A stretch of DNA of 64,000 nucleotides from assembly GCA_023231475.1 (NCBI GenBank), contig JALJEE010001544.1, positions 62,001-126,000 on the forward strand, written 5' to 3'. The stretch is from Seison nebaliae (lineage: Eukaryota). The translations under genes and the position numbers were made by a program. Below the pieces are notes generated by a model, which worked only from the letters and a program-made list of their open reading frames with translations, ran no database searches and was not told where the DNA came from. Of this stretch, positions 57,495 through 64,000 are shown in pieces (positions within the stretch are counted from its first letter, which is position 1; every line of letters begins with the position of its first letter).

Positions 57495-59404
57495 TCAATA
57501 ACGTCTTCCTCCTCCACCCATTCCAAAATTCTGATTTGTTCGTTTCCTAAAAGTTCCACCTCGCGAATATCTACTATAATTCTTTCCAGACATCGGTTGG
57601 CGGATGGAATATAATTCTTCAGGAATAATTTGATTCGCCTCTTTCATCACATTGATCAAATTGCGAATATGTCGAGCGTTATCTTGAGTGAAGAATGTAT
57701 AAGCGATACCTCTATTTCCAGCTCTTCCGGTACGACCGATTCGATGAATATAATCTTCCGTGTCATTTGGGAAATCATAATTAATCACAAACGAAATATC
57801 ATCAATATCTTTTAAAAAAAAAGTTTGAAAATAGAAAAAGTTGAAAAATTAACCTAATCCTCTTGACGCGACATCAGTTGCAACTAGAGCGATAGAATCA
57901 GTAGCACGTTTAAATTCTGGAAAAATTTCAAAAATAAAATAATAAAATTAAAAAATGTTCAACTGTTCAACATTCCTTCACGAACATCTTGTGATTTGTC
58001 ACCATGGATACCGATAGCTTTATATCCCCAAGAACGGATATTTCTTGCCAATTCATCTACTTTCACTTTCCTCTCACAAAATATGATGGTTTTTTGTTTC
58101 TCTTTTTCAGTAATTGTTTTGAGAATTTGTTGGAGACGTTCTTCTTTTTCATGTTCTAACAATAAAATAACTTTTTGTTCAATGTCATGATTCGCTGTTA
58201 ATTCTAATCCACCAATAGTAATATGAATATAATCTTGAATATAATTCGTTGCCAAACTAACAACTTCTTTGGGCCATGTAGCTGAAAACATCATCGTCTG
58301 TCTAGTTGGACGCATCTGTCCTAATATCTGTTTAATTTGTGGTTCGAATCCCATGTCCAACATTCGATCTGCCTCATCCAATACCAAATAAGTGACTTCA
58401 TCAATTATTATTCGACGTGTCGTTATAAAATCAATTAATCGACCAGGTGTAGCTATCAAAATATCTACACCAAATCTGAAAGTTTCCAATTGTTCTCGAC
58501 GTGGTGCTCCACCATAACAACACGCAGTTCTGATTCTTTTCGACTCTGAAAACAATTTGGCAACTTGATGAATTTGTTGAGCTAATTCTCTGGTGGGAGC
58601 GAGAACGAGACATCTAGGACGATTTTTTGTTGATGTTCGTTCATTTCCTTGAAGATGACGAACTGCTGGTAAAAGGAAAGCCATAGTTTTTCCACTACCA
58701 GTTTGAGCGATTCCAACCACATTCGAACCATTCATTAATAGAGGCCATGCCACACTCTGAATACATGTTGGTCTTTCATATTTGGCTTTTTCGAAAACTT
58801 CCATCAAATCTTTCTGAAGATTCATTTCTTCGAATGTCATAATTGGTTTATTCACTTCCATTTGACAAGTGGCTGTTTTCGTTATCGATAATTGATTTTT
58901 TACACGGAATTCATTCAATTCTTCAGGTTGTCGATTTTTTGTTATTTCACTCTCCAAATAAAATTCTTTCTCGAAATCGGCTATTGGAATTTTGGAGAAA
59001 TCGATCGGAATTAATTGACCATTTTCCTGTGGCAAAGGTGTCCAATTCGAATTTCCTCTATTATTATTATTATTATTATTATTATATCCATTTCGATCGT
59101 TATTATTATTATTATATCCGTTTCTATCATTGTTATTATTATATCCATTTCTATCATTATTATTATTATATCCATTTCGATCATTATTATTATTATATCC
59201 ATTTCCGTTTCGATAACTATTATTTCCATTTTCTCCATTACCTCCCCAATTATTAGAGGGACGTCCACGATCCCCATTATATCGATTATTCTGTGGTCGA
59301 TTGAATCTTTCAGTCCGATAATGGGAAGATCTACTGGGAGGAGAATGATTACTTCTCGACCGATATCTCGATTGGTTACTATCTTCACCATTCATTTCTG
59401 TCAT
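57495..59404 (-). CDS. DDX5: DEAD-box RNA helicase DDX5/DDX17/Dbp2-like, 3 exons
   Basis: [63 protein letters not shown] and [12 protein letters not shown]. Confidence 0.85.
59060..59210. repeat. Coding tandem repeat (~24 nt unit, RNGYNNNND) in the helicase N-terminus
   Basis: Five NGYNNNN units are visible in both DNA and translation. Confidence 0.9.
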
Positions 59405-59772
59405 TTTTTTTTTATCAAGACAAGTACACTAAAAATTATTGAAGTTGTTGTTCTAATTTATCTTTATTTCCAATCCACATGCAACAACTAAAATTTTAAA
59501 ATTTTCTCTTTTATTTTTCATATTCCTTCCAATTTTCATTTCACAATTTTCAAATCTTAAGCTTTTACCACCACGCTAAATTACACTTACTAATTTCCAA
59601 ATTACAACATGCTTTTCATTATTATACTTCAAATTTTAATTAAACATATTACCGTTAGATTATTATTAGTTAACATACATATTTCAAGTAAAATATTTTA
59701 AAATTAGTAGACAGAAGAAATTTGGTTATTTTTATTTTTTTTAAAAAATTTATTATTTGAATATCTGAATAT

Positions 59773-59968
59773 GGATGTATACTTATATGGTTTTCCCGCT
59801 TTCGATAGATGACGAATTAGGGTCGATGGAAATATGGTATGAAATTTAATATATGATGTTATCGTTAGCAGATACTTCATTAGAAAGTGAATTCTGTCTG
59901 AGACGATAAAGTTTATGAGAGATCTCTCAACAAAAATTCCAAAGGAAAATTTGGAAAGACTTCTCAAG
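59773..59968 (-). ncRNA. SNORA73: U17/snR30-type H/ACA snoRNA, copy B (5' end approximate)
   Basis: H-box-like ATATTA (59852-59847), m1-like ATATTTCCA (59835-59827), m2 AAACCAT (59793-59787), basal stem, ACA (59778-59776). Confidence 0.75.
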
Positions 59969-60095
59969 AGTCACATCAAAAAATATTTTTAGGAAAATAA
60001 ATTTCTTCCCGAAATTCCTTCAATTCATTCCGATATCGACGATCTATAAAATATTAAAGAATTAGTTATTTCATCTATAAATATAATCAGAAGAC

Positions 60096-60295
60096 AAATG
60101 TTAGTGATATGGTTTCCCAAGCATCCATCGTAATCGAATGTTATGGTTGATGGAAATATCATTATAAAATTTGATCTGGGATGATGTTATTGCAAAGGTC
60201 TGTATGAAGAACAGTTTTGTCAAAAAATAACGAGACGAATAAATGATCTCAACTAAAATCGAACAAGTTCAAATCTAGGAAATCTCTCATTCTTT
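60096..60295 (-). ncRNA. SNORA73: U17/snR30-type H/ACA snoRNA, copy A (5' end approximate)
   Basis: H-box-like AGATCA (60177-60172), m1-like ATATTTCCA (60159-60151), m2 AAACCAT (60115-60109), stem TGATAT/ATATCA, ACA (60101-60099); about 200 nt. Confidence 0.78.
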
Positions 60296-60443
60296 TCATC
60301 CGAATGGAAATATGAAGTTTTTGAAAAATTGAAACTAACATCAAATTTATTGAAATTAATATTCTGACGAATTCATAGTGAAAATCTAAAAAACAAAAAA
60401 AAATTAATAATCAGTAAGATAATTTCTATGGTATATTTATTAA

Positions 60444-60553
60444 TATTTCAGAATGTAGACTGTGCATCTTCAACGAACTAAAGGAAAGATGTCTATGTTG
60501 GAATTGTTCTCAGAAGACCATCGTGATAGGAAATGACATTATTATCACCAATG
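60444..60553 (-). ncRNA. SNORD35: U35/snR73-type box C/D snoRNA, copy 1 (divergent)
   Basis: C-like GTGATAA, guide TCACGATGGTCT followed by T and D' CTGA, C'-like TTGAAGA, D CTGA (60451-60448). Confidence 0.75.
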
Positions 60554-60713
60554 TTTTAGGAATAATGTGTAGAGAATAAATGAAAAATACAAACGTTTTA
60601 AAAATTTTCAAGTTAAGTTAAATCATGTCCGAAATGAGTCTAAAAATGATATAAAAAAAATCATTAAATCAATTCGAATAATAATTGAAATATGTTTTTC
60701 AAAATTATTTTAA

Positions 60714-60822
60714 ATAATCAGATTAAAATATTTTTCTACTTCATAAAACGAATTAAATGATGTCGATGTTGGATTTGTTTTCAGAAGACCATCGTGAAAT
60801 GAAAAATTTATCATCACCAATA
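60714..60822 (-). ncRNA. SNORD35: U35/snR73-type box C/D snoRNA, copy 2
   Basis: C GTGATGA (60817-60811), guide TTTCACGATGGTCT, D' CTGA (60784-60781), C'-like ATGAAGT, D CTGA (60721-60718). Confidence 0.85.
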
Positions 60823-60974
60823 TTCGAGGAATGATTTGAAGAATAAATAAAAATTACAAACCGTTTTATAGTTAAATATTAAATCATGTCCGAAATGAGT
60901 CTAAAAATGATATAAAAAAAATCATTAAATCAATTCAAATAATAATTGAAATATGTTTTTAAAAATTATTTTAA

Positions 60975-61083
60975 ATAATCAGATAAAAATATTTTTGTAC
61001 TTCATAAAACGAATTAAATGATGTCGATGTTGGATTTGTTCTCAGAAGACCATCGTGAAATGAAAAATTTATCATCATTCAAG
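60975..61083 (-). ncRNA. SNORD35: U35/snR73-type box C/D snoRNA, copy 3
   Basis: C ATGATGA (61078-61072), guide TTTCACGATGGTCT, D' CTGA (61045-61042), C'-like ATGAAGT, D CTGA (60982-60979). Confidence 0.85.
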
Positions 61084-61235
61084 AAATGAAAAAAAAAAAA
61101 AAGAATAAAAACCTTTTAGAAAAAATATGTCAATTCTATCTGAACAGGAAAATCTAAATAAAAATTGTGTAAAAATTTTGTTAAGGAAGGACGAAAATTT
61201 TATTAAGATGACAATAAAAGTGATCGATTAATAAT

Positions 61236-61907
61236 TTATTTTCCTGGCATAACAATTCCTTCATACTGAAATGAAATAGAGAAGAAGAAAAAGAAGAATT
61301 TAGAGTAACTTTTAGTTTGAACCATTTAATTGCATCAGCTTTATTTAAGATATGATTTCTTCCTATTCGATTTCGTTGTTTCTTTCGATAGGAGACATTG
61401 TATCCTGGTCGATCCAAAACAACATAGAAATCTAAGCCATAAATACCGATGGCGGGATCGTATTTAATACCCAAATCGATATGTTCCTGAATACCGAACC
61501 CAAAGTTGCCTTGTGGAGTGAAATTACTTTCTTTCAATTCGAATTCTTTCACCTTAACAATGAACAAAGAATGGAATAATGAGAAATGGATAGAACTTTC
61601 AATCCCTTTTCAAGGATGTCATGCGCCTTCTCTCCTCGAATTGTACAATGCACCGCAATTTTCTCATTACGACGGATACCGAACGATCGAACTGTATATC
61701 TGGCCTTCGAAAATACAGGAACTTGTTCTGTCAGTTGTTCCAAGACTTTGGAGGCACGAGTCAATCTATCACCCGATTCTCCCACCGATATATTCAGGCA
61801 CAATTTCCTGATTCGTACATTTTTCATCACATTCTCATTTTGTTCCTATTAAATTTCCTAAAATAGTGAATGAGACGAGGATACAAATCAAAGATACGAA
61901 CGTCCAT
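61236..61907 (-). CDS. RPL11: 60S ribosomal protein L11 (uL5), 4 exons
   Basis: [41 protein letters not shown]...GLK|VKEFEL...[11 protein letters not shown]...[13 protein letters not shown]. Introns 61846-61901, 61553-61596 and 61266-61309. Confidence 0.97.
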
Positions 61908-62533
61908 TTCGAATAAATTTCTTTTTGAAAAGAATAATGTAATGAATCTTACAAAGTACTCAAGACTCTGTTGTTGTTTGGGAAGTAGTGAGGTTATTTC
62001 AAATACACAAATGTGACTATCGAATAAATATCAATATTTCTTGAATTAAAGAAGAAAAGATATTTTCAAAGTTTAAAAATTAAGCTTTGAGAAAATCGAT
62101 TAAGAAATAGTTATTACTATTTTTTATTATAATATATTTATACAATATTTTATTTAATATTTAATTTGTAAGTAATATTTCATTTTGATCTTCAATTTCA
62201 AATTTGAAAATTATGAAGTCAATTTCTATCCATTTTTATACATCGGAATTATATTTTTGAATTCCAAAAAATTGATTAATCTTTTTTAATCAAGTTGAAT
62301 TACTTTACTCGAATTTTTAATATTTTTGTTCGAATTAAAATTGTTAATTATTGTCATCTACTCGTAAAATGTGCAATCTGTTTCGAATTCCCTTATTATT
62401 AATAATTCTTATTGGATTTAATTTTGGAGTATTGTTTTTAACATTTAATTTTAGAAGAGATTAATGTTTAGAATTTATTAAAATTATTTGAACGAAATGA
62501 AAAGAATATTCATGAATTAAAATTTAATTAAAT

Positions 62534-64000
62534 TTATTCGACGGGAGGAGAGGTTAGGAGTTGAACAACTGTCCGACCATTTGTGTCCATGTTAACCGGT
62601 ATTGTGGACGCTAAAAATAGACGAGAAAAATTAAATTAAAAATAAACTTAATTAATTAACTTTGTAGTAAATGGTCATTTGCTTCGTTGGAATTAATATC
62701 TTCAAATTCTTCTTCATTTGCAGATAATCCATCAATTCCCTCATTCTCTACTTCTTTTAATTCTTGTGGAGTTGTTTTTTGAACCATTTGATTTTCGAAT
62801 AATTCGTTAAGTTTCGTAGAAGTTGAAGCGACACCCCCTAATTCTTTCGACTCATCTATAGTTTTCGTCAATTCTTCTGCTTTTATTCCTCCAGCTAATG
62901 GTCTTTTTATTTCTTTTTTTATTTGCTCTTGTGCTTCTACTTGTTGTACTTGTTCTTGTTCTTGTTGTTCGTGTTCTATTTGTTCTTGTTGTTCTATTTG
63001 TTCTTGTTGTTGTTTTTGTTGATCCTTTATGTTAAATTCTTCTACTTGTTCTCTCGGTAATCTTTCAGATATCTGTTGATTTTCTGTTTCATCTATTTCT
63101 TCAACTGGTTCTTCTTCTGACGACATTTCTACATCTTCCACTGGCGATATGGATTCATCTGGTAACTTAATTTCTTCCACCTTAAATTCTTCTTCTTCTT
63201 CAATTTGATCTTGTTCGTTATCTGAATTTATTTCATTCGTATCTAATGATACAGTTTTGGAAACGGTTTCTTTTTGTGGTTGCTCAGAAATTGACACACC
63301 ATCATCATAATCTGGTATATTATTCGAATTTAAATTATTCGTATATTCTCGGAATGAATTGATTGATTGTAGATCGATGTGATCCTTATATTCTTCTTCT
63401 GACATCATTCCATGATCATTGTTATCGATTGATTCTGAATTGTCACTTGGATGCATTTCTATTTCATTTGGTTTCATCGAATCATATTGTTCATTCTCCT
63501 CCTCCATTGTGTCCATCATTTCTGTAGTTTCAGGATTTCCTTCCGGTTGTTCCATTTCGGCAGTTTCTGCTGTAATAGTTGTCGTTTTTTCCGTTTTCAG
63601 TTCTTCCTTTTTCAGTTTCTTATTCAGTTGCTTCATTTTTCTCCTCAACATCTTCTTCCATTTTCTCTTTAAATTCCTTTTATTTTTTCGAAGTTTTCGT
63701 TTATTTCTCTTCTTTGAATTGACTTTGAGAATGGGCAAAATTTTGATTTGGGGATTGGGTTCTACTATTTGAATTGGCTCAGGATTCATGGCAATTGGAA
63801 CTTTTCCATTTTCCTCCACCAATTTCCATTGCGGATGTTGTCTTGGATTCGTTAACAAATCCTCCAAATTATTCACGTTTTGCTGAACAGGTTTATAAGA
63901 AAAAGTTTCTGGATTGCTTCCCAATAATTGTTGTCGATTATCAATTTTATGATATTTTATTTCTCCCAAATTGTTCGGTATTTCATTATTGAGATCTCTT
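62534..64000 (-). CDS. Partial (3' part) acidic E/Q-rich protein of unknown function; continues beyond the window
   Basis: Frame is open from the window edge to ~62661. A short GTT...TAG intron joins a last exon TSTIPVNMDTNGRTVVQLLTSPPVE*. Confidence 0.7.

Larger units (their letters stand above)
59745..61153 (-). ncRNA. Putative spliced non-coding snoRNA host transcript
   Basis: Minus-strand GTT...TAG introns 61112-60901, 60861-60640, 60594-60386 and 60339-60075 (or 60044) each enclose one snoRNA and are separated by ~40-46 nt non-coding exons. AATAAA at 59754-59749. Confidence 0.7.

Noticed and set aside
59011..59491. Ile/Met-rich and Tyr-rich ORFs overlapping DDX5
   Set aside because: Alternative-frame and antisense shadows of the AAT repeat.
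59704..60300. Decayed protein pseudogene or ORF 59704-59967
   Set aside because: The conserved blocks between the two copies are U17/snR30 motifs rather than codon-structured similarity.
60488..61078. Simple satellite repeat
   Set aside because: Units contain ordered C/D boxes, an rRNA guide and splice sites; reinterpreted as snoRNA cassettes.

Overview
AT-rich, extremely gene-dense eukaryotic (animal, probably spiralian; organism not identifiable with certainty) genomic DNA with about 19 protein-coding genes interrupted mostly by ~40-60 nt introns. In order: AGBL2/3-type cytosolic carboxypeptidase, BDP1, cyclin G/I-like, FKBP6, small ORF, FRA10AC1, FUBP/Psi, alpha-catulin, ERCC8, GNL1, M6/proteolipid-like, SKOR, soluble adenylyl cyclase, Tec-family kinase, an orphan secreted protein plus a truncated duplicate, selenophosphate synthetase 2, glass, a CAP protein, DDX5/17, RPL11 and a partial acidic protein. 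Four things are not visible in the ORF track. (1) Almost every intron starts GTT with no GTRAGT consensus. (2) The apparently empty 59.75-61.15 kb interval between RPL11 and DDX5 is a spliced non-coding host unit carrying three U35/snR73-type box C/D snoRNAs and two U17/snR30-type H/ACA snoRNAs. (3) SPS2 has an in-frame UGA (Sec) and a candidate SECIS. (4) Several co-directional genes are packed at operon-like distances with apparently unpaired splice acceptors. All gene models and family assignments were made by eye from recalled motifs; no searches were run.
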